Positions 35,885 to 52,680 of a stretch of 64,000 nucleotides of DNA are shown one piece after another. The translations under genes were made by a program, and so were the position numbers. This DNA is from Dictyostelium discoideum (Eukaryota), in NCBI GenBank assembly GCA_000004695.1, contig CM000150.2:2656001-2720000 (forward strand), written 5' to 3'. Under the pieces are notes generated by a model that saw nothing but the letters and a program-made list of their open reading frames with translations, was not told the origin of the DNA and made no database searches. Within the stretch, counting starts at the first letter, position 1. Every line of letters begins with the position of its first letter.

Positions 35885-38800
35885 TTATTTATAGAAAGTA
35901 CTGAGTGAATTATTGTATTTTTTGAGATGTTTAGGAAGTTCTATTGCGTGAAGAGGTGAGTTCCATTGTCTGCTAAATTGTAATAGCTTTAGCGAGATTA
36001 GTGAGTCTAATTTATTTTGTTCTTCTGGCCGTTGTTTTGATTTGATTCTTAATGTTTTGTTTATAACCGCTTGTGTCCTGTCCCATGCAGCTCTTTGTGT
36101 TTTAATTAGTTCACGTATGACTTGTTGTCTGTGAATTATTATTTCTTTTTCATCGTGAATGAGTTTATTTCTTTTGTGCCAGATTTTATCGAATATAATA
36201 GCTATTAAATTGGCTACTAGTGCAATTTGTAGATGGTTTAAAATCTTCACATTCCAGGTGTGAGTGGTGTGTCCAGACTTAGTTAGGGTGTAGTTGAAGA
36301 TTTCTTGTGTGTTTTTGATGTGGGCTTTGCAGTTGAAGAATATATGTTCTGAGGTCTCATCTTCCCCACACTGTTGGCATGGCATGTTGTATATTTTTGG
36401 TAGTGCTTTCAGTGTGTATCTCCATAATAGATCTCTACCTTTCATGTTTATTATTTTTTTGATTTCTTTAAATGGAAGGTGTTTGCTATTAATTTTGGTC
36501 ATTATTTCTTTTTGGCCAGGAGTTGGTATGAATTTGTTGTGTTCAGGAGATTGAGTTGTCATCATATCCTCGTATATTTTTTTTAATTTTGGGAGGTGTT
36601 CGTAGTGTGTTTGTTTATTTTGTGGAGTTTTTAATTGGGTCCATGCTTGCTTGCATTGCCAGTGTAGTTGTAGTTGATTTTGTTTTGTTGTTGTTTTGTT
36701 GTTGTTGTTGTTTTTGAGTTCCTCTTCCCACAGTTTTATATATGAACTAGGAGTGTTACTTACTCTTTGGTGGAGGTATCTTTCGAATAACCATGCTTTC
36801 TGTGCTAGTTCTCTTGTCTTCAGGTTCCATAAGTTTAGGCCACCATTGATATAGTTGTTTTGTCTTCTTTGTAGTGAAAGAGAGTTTTTAGATTTTGTGT
36901 TGAAAACGAATTTTACGATGTTATTTTCAATACTATTGTGTTGTGGTGTGGTGTTGATGTAAGTGTGGAACGTTAACTGAGATAGTGCATATGTTTTTGC
37001 CATTATGAGTCTGCCCATATAGGTTGATGAAGTTGAGTTCCATGTTACTAGTTTAGCTCTGATGTTGTCTGAGATTGTATTGATTTTGGATTTGATACCC
37101 TTATTGTTGAAGTCAAAGCCGAGGTACCTTTCGTTTGATTTTATGACGGTGTATAGCGTTCTGGTGTTCCATTTGAAAGTGATACACGAGCATTTGGTTT
37201 GGTTTATTTTTGCGCTGGTTGCTTGGCAAAACTTCTTGATCCATTCATTCATGAGGAAATGGTCCATAAAGTTGTATGCTATTGTTGCTGTATCATCGGC
37301 GAACTGTAGTATTTTAATGGTTTCTTTGGTTACACCATTGATGCAGCGGTCATTTATTATAGTAGTTGCCATGCATTCAACCACTAATGCGAAGATAGTG
37401 GGAGAGATAGGATCACCTTGTTTGGTTCCTCTTTTTGATGTAAAGCTTTTAGATAATGAGTTATTGATGTACACTGATGTTTCTGATTCATTGAGTAAGT
37501 TCATTATTGTGAGGACCATTTTGAGTGGTAGTTTTAGATGTGCAAGAGTACGTAGAATGGCGTTATGTGAGATTGAATCGAATGCTTTTTCAAAATCATA
37601 AAATGTTATGATTGGTTCCATATCCTCTTTTGTGTTAATCTCTCGTTTTATTATTTCTATTGTTGAGTTTAAGGTGATGATGTTATCGTGCAGTAGTCTT
37701 CTTGGTACGAATCCAGTTTGGAATGGTGAGATTATTTTGTTTAAGAACTTCAGGATCCTATTGTTGATTATTTTCGAATAGATTTTGTAATCGACATTTA
37801 GAAGTGTTATTGGTCTATAATTATCCAGGTTGTTTGGGTCTCCTTTGTTTTTATATATAGTAATCAATATCCCTTGTTTGAAGTCCTTTGGGATTGTTGT
37901 GTTCCAGAAGTGATTGTATAGTTTTGATATTATTGGTAGAATTTCATTAATGTGGTTTTTGTAAAATGTTGGAAGGAGTCCATCTTTACCAGGTGCTTTT
38001 CCTTCTTGTATTTTTTCAATGCCTAGTCTGATTTCGTATTCTTCTATTGGTTGATTAATTTCGTCCAATATCTTTTGATCAATCCTTTTATTGAATGTTT
38101 TTAGGAGTTCGTGGTGAGTGTCTTCGTTGCATTCTCTCTTCTGGTACAGGTTCTCGTAATATCTTCTTGCTACTTCGAGGATATCCTCGTTTTTTGTTAC
38201 CAAACAATTGTTGCTTGGATCTAGAATTTGAGGGATTTCATTTGTCTTTCTTTGGACTTTTAACCTTCTGGTTAAGTATTTTGATGGTGTTTCTTTGTTG
38301 TTGATGTGGGTGTTGGTTTGGTTTGCTTGTTTTATTCTTACTTGTTCCTTTAGAATATTGTTGATCTCTTCTTTAAGGAAGATTGCTCTTGAATCTTTGG
38401 CTGTTTCGAGTTTTTCTGCGAGTTCTTTTAGTTTGTTTTTGGTTTTATTGCTTTCTCTAATTTCTATATTAATTGACAGTTTCTTTATTTCATCTTTTAG
38501 TTTCAACCATTGTTCGCAAATGTTTAATTTGTACCATTTGCTGGTGTTCTCTTCGAATTTTTTATTGTAGTATTTAATTGTTTTATTAATTTTGAGGCTG
38601 GTTGAATTCATTTTGAGAGTTTCTAGGTTTTGTCTCCATAGTCTTTCTCCTTTCTTTTGTTGCTCGTATTCTGGTATTTTTAATTCAATGATTACCATGT
38701 TGTGATCAGATTTTAATTTGATTTCCTTAGTAGTAACTATTGGGTTTAGATGGAGTATCTTCTTTGAGACAAAGACCCTATCGATGGTTGATTTGTTTCT

Positions 38801-39106
38801 TGGAAATGTGATTCCATTCTTAATTTCTGTAAATTCGAATTCGTCGAAGATTGTTTTAATATATTTGTTAAGGTTATTATCCACTGAACAGTCTACATTG
38901 AAGTCTCCGGTTATAATATCGCTGTGTAGTATTTCTTCTGTGAGATTTTCCTTATACCATTCATGTCTTTCGTTTGACTTTGCTGGGGCATAAATGGTTG
39001 TGCATTTGATCTGTGTTTTTGCAATCATCCATTCGGAAGATATAATTCTTTCGTTTATTGTTTTTGTTGTTGTTTTTATTTGGGTGTTGATGATGATTTG
39101 TGACAC
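35885..39106 (-). CDS. TRE5-A ORF2, encoding an endonuclease/reverse-transcriptase polyprotein of 1073 aa.
   Basis: The N-terminus carries exo/endonuclease/phosphatase-family motifs (TIYAPAKSNERHEWYKENL..., DFNVD), and the central region carries RT motifs (FYDFEKAFDSISHNAI, LQFADDTATIAY). It is intact over 1073 codons. Confidence 0.85.
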   Translation of the reverse strand: MSQIIINTQIKTTTKTINERIISSEWMIAKTQIKCTTIYAPAKSNERHEWYKENLTEEILHSDIITGDFNVDCSVDNNLNKYIKTIFDEFEFTEIKNGITFPRNKSTIDRVFVSKKILHLNPIVTTKEIKLKSDHNMVIIELKIPEYEQQKKGERLWRQNLETLKMNSTSLKINKTIKYYNKKFEENTSKWYKLNICEQWLKLKDEIKKLSINIEIRESNKTKNKLKELAEKLETAKDSRAIFLKEEINNILKEQVRIKQANQTNTHINNKETPSKYLTRRLKVQRKTNEIPQILDPSNNCLVTKNEDILEVARRYYENLYQKRECNEDTHHELLKTFNKRIDQKILDEINQPIEEYEIRLGIEKIQEGKAPGKDGLLPTFYKNHINEILPIISKLYNHFWNTTIPKDFKQGILITIYKNKGDPNNLDNYRPITLLNVDYKIYSKIINNRILKFLNKIISPFQTGFVPRRLLHDNIITLNSTIEIIKREINTKEDMEPIITFYDFEKAFDSISHNAILRTLAHLKLPLKMVLTIMNLLNESETSVYINNSLSKSFTSKRGTKQGDPISPTIFALVVECMATTIINDRCINGVTKETIKILQFADDTATIAYNFMDHFLMNEWIKKFCQATSAKINQTKCSCITFKWNTRTLYTVIKSNERYLGFDFNNKGIKSKINTISDNIRAKLVTWNSTSSTYMGRLIMAKTYALSQLTFHTYINTTPQHNSIENNIVKFVFNTKSKNSLSLQRRQNNYINGGLNLWNLKTRELAQKAWLFERYLHQRVSNTPSSYIKLWEEELKNNNNNKTTTKQNQLQLHWQCKQAWTQLKTPQNKQTHYEHLPKLKKIYEDMMTTQSPEHNKFIPTPGQKEIMTKINSKHLPFKEIKKIINMKGRDLLWRYTLKALPKIYNMPCQQCGEDETSEHIFFNCKAHIKNTQEIFNYTLTKSGHTTHTWNVKILNHLQIALVANLIAIIFDKIWHKRNKLIHDEKEIIIHRQQVIRELIKTQRAAWDRTQAVINKTLRIKSKQRPEEQNKLDSLISLKLLQFSRQWNSPLHAIELPKHLKKYNNSLSTFYK

Positions 39107-39318
39107 CCCTTGTCCTGTTTTATCAATTGGTGCGTGGTGTGTTATTTTGTTTTTATATTGTTGATTTATTGAGTAAATTTTATTTGTTTTTATATTTGTT
39201 TCAGTTAGAAGTGCTGCGTCCAGCTTGTTGTTGTCTAATACGGTGTTTATTATGCTGGCAGATTGGATGGTGTTGGATCCTTGGACGTTCCAAACACCTA
39301 TTCTTATTGTGTTTTTCT

Positions 39319-40653
39319 TTATAGTTTTATTTGGGGTAGATTTTTATCTACCTTTTGAAGTTTCTGGTTTATTTTGTCTTCTAACTGATCTTTACTTTGT
39401 TCGTTGTGTTGTTGGTCTTGTGTGTTTGTGGGGTTTTTTGATTTACTGATTTGTTTTAGAATTTCCTTGTTGAAGTTGTCTATATCTTCATCCATTTTTG
39501 TTTTTATGCTTTTTTGTCCATATTCACCCAATTTTGGTTTGACTGGTGTTTTGTTGGTCCTGTTTGTTTTGTCTTGTTGTTTGTTTTTTGGTGTGTTTAA
39601 CAATTTACTTGGTGAATCGATAATTTTCGATGGTGTACCATAGGTTGGGCTGAAACTCATGATATGTTTTATTGGAGAGGAGAAGAACCATTGATTTGAA
39701 GGGATTGAAAGTGGGAATTCTATTTTTCTTATTGCATCAGTGTTTGGGCTGGTGAAGTCGAAGATATCATTTACCTCTCTAAGTTTTTCTTCCGTTGTTA
39801 GTCTCTTTGTTTCGCCGTGTTGTTTTATTGGTGTATTGTATGGAGATGGTGGTTCAATAGGTTTTTCTGATTTTGTTTTAATTTCTTGATTGTTTATCGA
39901 TTGGGTATTGATCTCATTCTCTATTCTTGTTAGTTCATCTACGTTTTCTAGTGATGCATCTATTACCTTTTGAGCTGTATCATCTAGGGCCATAAATGTT
40001 TTATCATTAGATGAGGAGGTGATTGGTGGGATAATGATTGTTCTTTTTCCTTGTTTTGGTATTTGTTCTGATGTAGATTGTGGTTGTTGTTCATCTGATT
40101 GTTTTTTATTTTTGTTTTCTTCTTGATTTTCTGGTAATGAGGTTTGATCTCTCCATCCTTTGTTGGAGTGACCAATTAATGTTAGATTGTCTAGTTCAAT
40201 GATAGTGTCATATTCTTCTACGACTCTTTTCACTGTTTTGATAATTAGAGTTTCGCCTTTAATTTCAGATTTAATTAGTTTACATCCTTCATTTTCTATT
40301 ACCCATTCTATTTCTGTGAGTGATTTATACCAATCGAAATCCGTATACATATTTTTTGGTCTTAGAGTGGTTATAAATTGTCCTTTTAATTCTGCATCAA
40401 ACATATTTACAAAATAGATTACTGTACTAATACTGTCTGTGAGAATTTTGAATGTATTATTACTTTTGATTAAAACATCTTTTTTGTCCAAACTTTTTTC
40501 TAAATCTTTTTTTATTTTATCGTCTGGTTCGTGATTGATGTTTATGACGTATTTGAATTGTTTTTTTTTTAATTGAGTTTTATCCACAATTTCGCTTATT
40601 TTTTGTAGGCATTTGTGTTGCTTAATATTTGTGGTGTTGTTTGTGATTTTCAT
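39319..40653 (-). CDS. TRE5-A ORF1 (444 aa).
   Basis: The ORF is intact, and its start MKITNNTTNIKQHKCLQKISE lies in the B-module. It is repeated in three further places in the cluster. Confidence 0.8.
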   Translation of the reverse strand: MKITNNTTNIKQHKCLQKISEIVDKTQLKKKQFKYVININHEPDDKIKKDLEKSLDKKDVLIKSNNTFKILTDSISTVIYFVNMFDAELKGQFITTLRPKNMYTDFDWYKSLTEIEWVIENEGCKLIKSEIKGETLIIKTVKRVVEEYDTIIELDNLTLIGHSNKGWRDQTSLPENQEENKNKKQSDEQQPQSTSEQIPKQGKRTIIIPPITSSSNDKTFMALDDTAQKVIDASLENVDELTRIENEINTQSINNQEIKTKSEKPIEPPSPYNTPIKQHGETKRLTTEEKLREVNDIFDFTSPNTDAIRKIEFPLSIPSNQWFFSSPIKHIMSFSPTYGTPSKIIDSPSKLLNTPKNKQQDKTNRTNKTPVKPKLGEYGQKSIKTKMDEDIDNFNKEILKQISKSKNPTNTQDQQHNEQSKDQLEDKINQKLQKVDKNLPQIKL

Positions 40654-40728
40654 TTTATTTTCTTTCTATTTTTTATATTTTTCTTTAAAAAGTTAAAAAT
40701 CTGGAAATTTTCTGATTAACTTGGTTCC

Positions 40729-40744
<16 letters not shown>

Positions 40745-40777
<33 letters not shown>

Positions 40778-41040
40778 TCTTTTTTATATGAAAAATGAAA
40801 TAATCAAAAAAAGAGATTGTTGTTGTTGTTTGTTTTTTTTCGATCTGATTATTTTTTGCTTTTTTTTGAAAATTTTGCTACGCAAAATTCTCAAAACGAA
40901 ACAAATAATAAATTACAATAAAGTAAAAAGATGGCTTTTTAAGATAGTTTATTTATTTATTTATTTGTTTTTTAAGTCTTTTTTATATGAAAAATGAAAT
41001 AATCAAAAAAAGAGATTGTTGTTGTTGTTTGTTTTTTTTC
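40745..41040 (-). repeat. Tandemly duplicated A-module of TRE5-A (one full copy and one 5'-partial copy), which is the promoter-bearing 5' end of the element.
   Basis: The block ...agatcgaaaaaaacaaacaacaacaacaatctctttttttgattatttcatttttcatataaaaaagactt occurs at 40776-40850 and 40972-41040, and likewise twice at 30959-31030 and 31157-31228 in the deleted copy. Confidence 0.6.
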
Positions 41041-41089
41041 CAAAAAATAAAAACCCATCTAAGTAAAAAAATTTTAATTTCACAACAAT

Positions 41090-41162
41090 GCCCGGCTAGC
41101 TCAGTCGGTAGAGCGCCAGACTCTTAATCTGGTGGTCGGGGGTTCGAGCCCCCCGTTGGGCG
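41090..41162 (+). tRNA. tRNA-Lys (anticodon CUU).
   Basis: Sequence GCCCGGCTAGCTCAGTCGGTAGAGCGCCAGACTCTTAATCTGGTGGTCGGGGGTTCGAGCCCCCCGTTGGGCG. Its features are a canonical D-arm (TAGCTCAGTCGGTAGAGC), the anticodon loop CTCTTAA, the T-arm GGTTCGAGCC and a 7-bp acceptor stem with two G-U pairs. A T5 run follows. Confidence 0.9.
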
Positions 41163-42671
41163 AATTTTTCTAAAATAAAACATAAGTACAATGGTTCAAT
41201 TCTCGATTGGTTTTTATTTATAAATTAACCAAATTTTTTAATATAAAAATTATATTAATATAAAAAATTTTTTCAATTAATCAGTGAGGACCGGTCAAAT
41301 TTTTTTTTTTAATTATTAATAATGTATTATTAATTATGGACACCAATTTCAATTTATTTATTATTCATTAATTTTTTATTTTTTTTTTTTTTTTTTTTTT
41401 ATTTATATGAAAAAAAAAATAAACCCAAAAAAACACACTAAGTTTTAATATTAAAGTTTCATATAATTTAATAATTTATTATTTTTTTATTTTTTATTTA
41501 TTATTTTTTAATTTTATTTTTAATTTTATTTTTTTTTTCCCCAAAAAAATTCCCTTTATTTACTCAAGGATGCACCAATAAGTGTAAAGAAAATTCGATA
41601 AAAATAACCCAATATGTGTTAAAATACCAATCCAATGCTTCCATTTTCCATTTCCCCCATAATTTGAATTTTTTTTTCCGGAAATTGGAGAACACTATTT
41701 TAATCTTAAAAAATAATAATTACCAACTTAATTTTATTTTGAAAAAGATAACGAACCATTTAAATAATTTGAATTTTTATAAATAATAGAATTAAAAATC
41801 AATAGTTTTTTATTTTTTTTATTTTTATTTTTTGTATTAATTTAAATTGATTTTTTAAACAATAATGAAAAAAAAAATATTTAAATTATATTTTATTAAA
41901 ATTTATTTTATTTTATATTATTTTAAGTTTTTTTGGTATTTCTAATTTTTTATTTATTAATGATATCAATTTCATTTCAACATGTGAAAGTGCATAGATT
42001 AATCTTTCCTTTCTCTGGCATTTGATTAGTATTGATTCATTTATTACTTTAGAAATTATATTTAAATAAAGGTCACCTTTCTTTATGATATAGTTTGTTG
42101 CAGGGAAATTCCAGGAAAATTTAAAGTTAGATTTAAGTTGTTATTTTTTTTAATTTTTTTTTTATTATTTTACCTTTTTTTTTTTTTTTTAAATCTAAAC
42201 AATAAACTTTATGTAAACCTTTTAATTGTTAGTTGGATTTACTTTTTTTTTACATTTTTTTAATGATTATTTTTTTTTTTTTTTTCAAAAAATTTATTCT
42301 ATTTATACTAAATCATTTTTCAATTTTAAAAATTATTTGAAAGTAAAAAATGGAATTTTTCCTATTTTTGAGTAATATCTAATAGCAAAAAAGAAAATTA
42401 CCAAATCTGAAAATATTAAAAATTTAAAAAATGGGTTATTATTTAAATTGTTTTAAAGTGATTAAAATGAACTATAATCAAATTTACTAGACCTTTTGAT
42501 AATCTATTTTTTAAAAAGATAATTATGAACATCTATATAAAAATCTCGTAGTCAGTCTATCTCCCTACCTATTGTTTCAAGAATTTTTGAATTTATGAAA
42601 TTTTTCGAGGGGTTTCACCAGTTAGTTTTAAGGAGTCGAACATGCGACGTATTATATCATTTATAAAAAAG

Positions 42672-42743
42672 CTCCCCATTCGGGAATCGAACCCGAGGTA
42701 CCAGTGTGAAAGACTAGAGTGTTACCGACTACACCAATGAGGA
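42672..42743 (-). tRNA. tRNA-Glu (anticodon UUC), second copy.
   Basis: It is the exact reverse complement of the 31279..31350 gene. The downstream T6 run and the ex-B-like gcatgttcgactcc are read on the minus strand. Confidence 0.9.
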
Positions 42744-43016
42744 TTTGGTTGAAATTTCGATTTTTATATTTTAAAAATTATAAAAAAATATAATTTATTG
42801 AAAAAATTGTTATTTTTCTAAATTAATTGAAAATAAAAACAATTTAGTTTTTTTAAAAAATAGAAAAAATAATTATGAAATCGATTTTAGAAAAAAATGG
42901 GATCGATTTCTCGTTTTTAAAAAATTTTGTCGTTTTTTTTTATTTTTTAATTTTTTTTTTATTTCATATTTTAAATTAATAACACCAACCAAAATATAAT
43001 TTAAAAAAGAAGCAAA

Positions 43017-43981
43017 ATGGAAAATAAAAAAGAATCTTCATTGTTATATATTTTAACAGGTGCAACAAGTGGACTTTTAGCAGATTCAATTATGCATCCA
43101 GTTGACACAGTTAGAGCAAGAGTTCAAATAGAAGTAAAATTATAATAACAATAATAATTTATAATAATAATATTTTTCAAAATATTTATAAATATTAATT
43201 CTATTTATAGAAAGTTGGAAAATCACAATATAAAGGTACATTTAATGCATTAAATCAAATTATAAAGAATGAAGGAGTTAGTTATCTTTATAAAGGATTT
43301 CCAATTGTAGCAACAGCAACAGTACCAGCACATGCATTATATTTTTTAGGATATGAATATAGTAAACAATGGGTAACCGATCGATATGGTAAGAAATGGG
43401 GTGAGAGTACTATTACACATTTTTCAGCAGGATTTGTAGCGGATGCATTAGGATCATTAATTTGGGTACCAATGGATATCATTAAACAGAGATTACAAGT
43501 TCAAACCAATACACAAAAATTAAATCCGAATCAAACCTATTATAAAGGTAGTTTTCATGCAGGTAAAATAATATTACAAGAAGAGGGTATCAGAGGATTA
43601 TATCGTGGATTTATGCCAGCATTAGCAACGTATGGACCATTTGTTGGAATTTATTTCTCAGTTTATGAAAAATGTAAATCAACCATCTCTTCATTACTAT
43701 CAAAAGAAAAAGACCAATACCTACCAATACCATATCAATTAGGTTCTGGTTTCTTTGCTGGTGCATTTGCTGCCGCTGTCACTTGTCCTTTAGATGTCAT
43801 TAAAACTAGAATTCAAGTACAACGTTCAACTGAAAAACAAATTTATAAAGGTATGTGGGATTCATTTAAAACAATCTTAAAAGAAGAAGGTCCAAAAGCA
43901 TTTGTAAAAGGTATGGGCGCTAGAATTTGGTGGATTGCTCCTGGTAACGCTTTAACAATTGCATCTTGTAAGTTTTTATAA
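43017..43981 (+). CDS. Mitochondrial substrate carrier family protein. It has 2 exons (43017..43133, 43211..43981) and is about 295 aa.
   Basis: Exon 1 (MENKKESSLLYILTGATSGLLADSIMHPVDTVRARVQIE) carries the Mito_carr signature PxDxxRxRxQ. The GAA|GTAAAAT donor and ctatttatag| acceptor (77-nt intron) place exon 2 in phase 0. Exon 2 carries two more carrier repeats (PMDIIKQRLQVQ, PLDVIKTRIQVQ). Confidence 0.8.
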
Positions 43982-44288
43982 TTATAAATTATTACTATTA
44001 TTATTATTATTAAACATAAATAAAATAATAATTTAATTAAATAATATTAATTTTAAAACTATTTTTTAAATAATAAATCAATAGATGAACAATTAAAATA
44101 TTTATTTAAAGATTTAATTTAATAAAATTATAAGGAAAAAAAAGTTATTATTTTTGGTCTATTAATACATATTTTATTATTTTTTTTTTTATTATTATTT
44201 TATTATTATTATACATTTTATTTTTCTTTTTTTTTTTTTTTCTTTTTTTTTTTTTTATTTATACATATATATAAAAGATTATTAAAAA

Positions 44289-49516
<5,228 letters not shown>

Positions 49517-49594
49517 ATTAATTCTATTTTTTTAAATTTATAGGTTATTTTATAAATTTACTTTCTCTTTAAATAATAAATAGAAAAAAAAATG

Positions 49595-49625
<31 letters not shown>

Positions 49626-49892
49626 CAACCATCAAAAGAAAGTGATTGTTATTTTTTTTATTTTTTTTTCTTCAAATATTATTTAATTTCCCTTTTTTTT
49701 TTTTTTAATTGAAAAATATTTATCATAAATAATTTAAAATAAAACCAAATCAGATCAAATCAAAAAAAAAAAAAAAATAAAATTGTGTATGCCAAATATT
49801 TTTAGAAAATTGTTATTTTTACTTTCACTAATGTATTAATGTTTATTATTATTATAATTATTATTTTTATTATTATTTTTATTATTTATTTA

Positions 49893-49969
<77 letters not shown>

Positions 49970-50304
49970 TTTATTATTTTTATTATTATTTTTATTATTA
50001 TTATTCTAAAATAATACTATTATATAAATATATATATATATATTTTATATTTTTTTTTATTTATCAAATTTGGAAATCTAGTGTAATGAAATAAAAGATT
50101 GATTTAGTTGATTGTGTTTATAATTGTAGTTTATATTAAAAATGAAAAAAAATAAATAAAATAAAATATAATGAAAAAAAAAAATAATAATAATATTAAA
50201 TAAAAACAAATAAATTCGTTTTTTTTCTTTTTATTTTTATTTTTTTTTATTATTTTTTTTTTATGTTATTATTCTATTCTAAAACTTTTTTGTTATTCTT
50301 TTGT

Positions 50305-50350
<46 letters not shown>

Positions 50351-51010
50351 TGGTAGATCGGGGGAGAGTGAGTGTATGTGTTTTGTGTTTAATTATTATT
50401 TTTATTTTATTTTATTTTTATTTTTTATTTTTTTTTTTGTGGTGTGTTTTTTAACCTACTCTATGGTAAAGCTTGGTTGAAAAAAGTTATTTTGATGAGG
50501 ATAAAGATGAATGTGTAATGTGTGAGTGTTTTTATGTGTTATTTTTATCGCCTCAATATTATTTATTATTATTATTTTTTTTTTTTTTTTTTTTTGTTTT
50601 TCAATTAATATTAAAAAAAATAAATTAAAAAAAAATTTATTTTTTATTTATTAATTTTTTTATTTTTATTTTTTTTATTTTTTATTTTCTAAATTTATTT
50701 ATTAATTTAAAGGAAACAATGAATATGATAACGTGATATTTATCTATCTAAAAAAAAAAAAAAAATTATAAAAAAAAAAAATAAAAATAAAAAAAAAAAG
50801 TTTTTTTATCAAAAAAAAAAAAAAAATGCGTTTTTTTCTTTGGTGAAGCAACTCTATCATAAATAGAAAAACCCAAAATGGAAAAAAACTTTAAAAAAAA
50901 AAAAATCAAAAAAAAAAAATCAAAAAAAAAAAAAAAAATTAAATAAAAATTATTTTTTAAAAAAAAAAAAAATCATGGTGATTGGATTTCGCCAATAACC
51001 ATTCATTTTT

Positions 51011-51042
<32 letters not shown>

Positions 51043-51334
51043 CGAAATTATAAATGTTGGTAGTACTTTTCTAAAATATAATATAATCACCTCCAAAGGT
51101 AACTGTCCCCGACTAAATGGGTTTGAGATTTATTTTTTATAACAATTGTTTTAAAAATTTTTTTTTAAAATAATTTTTAAAAAAAAAAAAACAAAAAAAT
51201 ATATATATCAAAAATAATACATGATATTTTACTATTTATCATACTACTATTAAATTTTAATAATAAAAATAATAATAATAATAAAAATAATAAAAATAAT
51301 AATAATAAAAAAAATAATAAAAAAATAATAAAAA

Positions 51335-51372
<38 letters not shown>

Positions 51373-51419
51373 CCATCTACTCTTTTTTTTTTTTTTTTTT
51401 TTTTTTTAATATTAATCTT

Positions 51420-51565
51420 GATTATCGTCGTCATTATTATCGTAGCCATTATTTTTTGGTTGGTATGATGGATTAAACTACATTTACATTTTATACGGGG
51501 GTTGGAATTATTTTCAAAATAAATTTCATAACCATCAGGTTCCCATTTACAAAATTAAAATAATA
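51420..51565 (-). pseudogene. Decayed paralogous fragment of the C-terminal Cys-rich module of the gene at 52681..53448.
   Basis: On the minus strand it reads CKWEPDGYEIYFENNSNPRIKCKCSLIHHTNQK, then shifts frame to NNGYDNNDDDNQD*. This compares with CKWCDGYEIDSKSKEQLCINCKCSLIHHITTNFNGYDDDEDDD... in the intact gene. It has no start codon, and it sits in AT-rich spacer. Confidence 0.4.
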
Positions 51566-52364
51566 ATAAAAAAAAAAAAAAATTAAATTCATAATAATTA
51601 TTATTTGTTTTTTCAATGTCTTCATTTAATTTTATTTAAAAAAAAATTAATTAATTTTTATTTTTTTATTATTATTATTTTTATTATTATTATTATTATT
51701 ATTAATATTATTTTTTTTTGTAGAATTGATTTATTTATTAATTTATCTTGAAAAAAAAAAAAACCTATAAAATTTTGGATTAATCTAAAAATTTTTATAT
51801 TATTTTCTTTTGGGTTTTAATAATTTTTTTACCATGATTTTAATTCAAAAAAAAAAAAAATTTGAAAAGATTTTAATTTTTTTTAAAGGGCGAAAAAAAA
51901 AAAAAAAAAAATACCAATCTATTCAAAGAATGATCTTGATTTTTTCTATTCATAAATCCCCAAATAAAATTATTATTATTAATATTAAATTCCATTTTTT
52001 CTAATATTTTATTGTTTTCACTTAAAATATTAAATAATTTAAAAGGAGTTTTAAGAAAAAAAAAAAAAAAAAAACTGAAGATAATAATATTACTATCAAT
52101 CTAATCAATATCATGATTAAAAACAATTATTTTTCATTTTTTCAAAAAAAATTCAAAAAAAAAAAAAATTTTAAAATTTATTAATCCCAACCAGACAACA
52201 ATAAATATTTTAATTTAAATTTTAACTAAAAAAAATAAAAAAAAAAAAAAAAATTATAAAATAAAATAAAATAAAATTTTGAGCCAAACTTTTAATTTGT
52301 AATATTTTATTATTTTATTTTTTTATTTTTGTATTATTTTTTAATAGTTAAGATAAATAAAATC

Positions 52365-52399
<35 letters not shown>

Positions 52400-52680
52400 G
52401 GTCAATTATTTGAATGGAGTTTAAAAATAACTTTTTTTTTCTTGCTCTCCTGAGATTTTTTTTTTTATTTTTTTTTTTTTTATTTTTTTTTTTTATCTTA
52501 ATTTTTATTTTTTTTTGAAAAATGCACTTTGAATAAATTTAATAAAACAACAAAATTTTGACCTTTTAGGTTTTTTTTTACATGATAACCATTCTACCAC
52601 ATTTTTTTTTTTTTTTTTTTTTTATTTTTTTTTTTTTTTCTTTTAACAATTTATTATTATTTTATTATTTTAACATATTT

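Larger units (their letters stand above)
35272..41040 (-). mobile_element. Full-length TRE5-A.1 non-LTR retrotransposon (about 5.7 kb). Its order is tandem A-modules, B-module, ORF1, ORF2, B-module and C-module, with a duplicated C-module tail.
   Basis: ORF2 encodes an N-terminal apurinic-like endonuclease and a reverse transcriptase with FADD and other RT motifs. The module order matches the published TRE5-A (formerly DRE) organisation. Its 5' end lies about 50 bp upstream of tRNA-Lys at 41090, which is the hallmark TRE5 integration distance. Confidence 0.85.

Noticed and set aside
36294-39643. Multiple 70-180-aa plus-strand ORFs overlapping TRE5-A ORF1/ORF2. The same ones recur at 29286..29829.
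   Set aside because: They are antisense to the clearly coding retrotransposon ORFs. They are Cys/Leu/Phe-rich translations typical of the antisense strand and repeat identically in each element copy.
41540-41720. A moderately complex, less AT-rich stretch between tRNA-Lys and tRNA-Glu.
   Set aside because: There is no ORF longer than 15 codons and no recognisable RNA fold by eye. It may be promoter or ex-B-associated sequence, and I left it unannotated.
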